Assembly: GCA_002189035.1 (NCBI GenBank)
Contig: CM007990.1
Location: forward strand, 3,348,001-3,412,000
Direction: 5' to 3'
Length of the DNA stretch: 64,000 nt
Origin: Utricularia gibba
Lineage: Eukaryota; Plantae; Magnoliophyta
Shown here: one piece after another, positions 63,301 through 64,000 of the stretch
Layout: each line of letters opens with the position of its first letter
Numbering within the stretch: position 1 is the first letter of the stretch
Translations under genes and position numbers: made by a program
The notes under the pieces: generated by a model
Database searches by the model: none
What the model was told of the DNA's origin: nothing
Seen by the model: only the letters and a program-made list of their open reading frames with translations

Positions 63301-64000
63301 GAAAGAGACTCATTCAGTTCAGGACTAAGAGAAATGCTTTCATTAACTTGTTCTAGAACTTCATTTGCAAATTCTCTGCAACCTACTCCAAATTCGCCAG
63401 TCACCCTATCTCATTCAAAAATCTCTTCCCAATCAAGGTAAAGTGGGAATAGCTTAAACCTCAATGTTCAAACTCTTGAATCATTCTAAAAAAAATATCA
63501 CCATATCAAATAAAGCTAAAGTGAAGACATAGATACAATTTAATTCCACTTAATGATAGATGATAGCAACACATAAGATCAAATGCAAAAGTGAAATTGT
63601 TGTTATTCATCCCCTTTTAAAATGAATAAAGTGTCAATATGATGAGTAACAAACTAACAATCTTGGTTCCAAACTCACACCATGTTTCCGGTGCTGCATC
63701 AATCATTAAAATTGTGGCGTTCCAACCAACTCTGAAAAGTATGAGCACATCCAAAATCAAAGAGTACATTTTTTTTCCATGTTTTAGATTTTGAATCAAT
63801 ATTTGGAAATGCTTTAAGATCAATCCCAGGCAATATTTTTACCACTTCAGTCTAGAGTATCTTGAAATAACCAGGGTGAAATCAATTCAGCAATCGCTAT
63901 CCAAGCACATTTTGTGTCATTTTTTTCAATAGATCTGTTATTGCTTCTGCTTTGTTCCTTTCTTTGGAGTAGTTGATATTTTTTTTACCCTTCTTTTGAT
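60367..64000. mobile_element. PIF/Harbinger element C: transposase (+) and convergent Myb/SANT ORF (-), runs off the window
   Basis: Left TIR GGGGCTGTTTGGT. Transposase relic 61137-62395 (FCLGALDGIYIDV, GEYYLYDNGY, FCALLQNFIR..VDPLEEE). Myb relic 62808-64000 (IDAAPETWCEF, FPLYLDWEEIFE*DRVTGE). Confidence 0.85.

Overview
AT-rich angiosperm nuclear DNA. Five apparently intact genes were rebuilt exon by exon from splice sites: a clade A PP2C (HAB1/ABI-type, +), an ALFIN-LIKE PHD-finger gene (-), an Ataxin-2-like CID3/CID4 gene (-), a MINI ZINC FINGER gene (+) and a lipid-droplet-associated alpha/beta hydrolase (-). Most of 12-46 kb, 47-52 kb and 55-64 kb is nested, decayed transposon DNA: Athila/Tat-type Ty3 remnants and solo LTRs, four hAT relics, PIF/Harbinger elements and MULEs. 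The most unusual structure is a PIF/Harbinger element (about 14.85-22.68 kb). Between its transposase and its convergent Myb/SANT ORF it carries an intron-containing cargo locus in which a gypsy-type Transposase_28-like domain lies upstream of an FCP1/HAD phosphatase-like domain. A second diverged, inverted copy at about 34.3-37.5 kb shares the phosphatase end and the Myb ORF, which suggests the cargo moved with the element. All domain calls come from manual translation and motif recall; no database search was run. No rRNA, tRNA or CRISPR features were seen.
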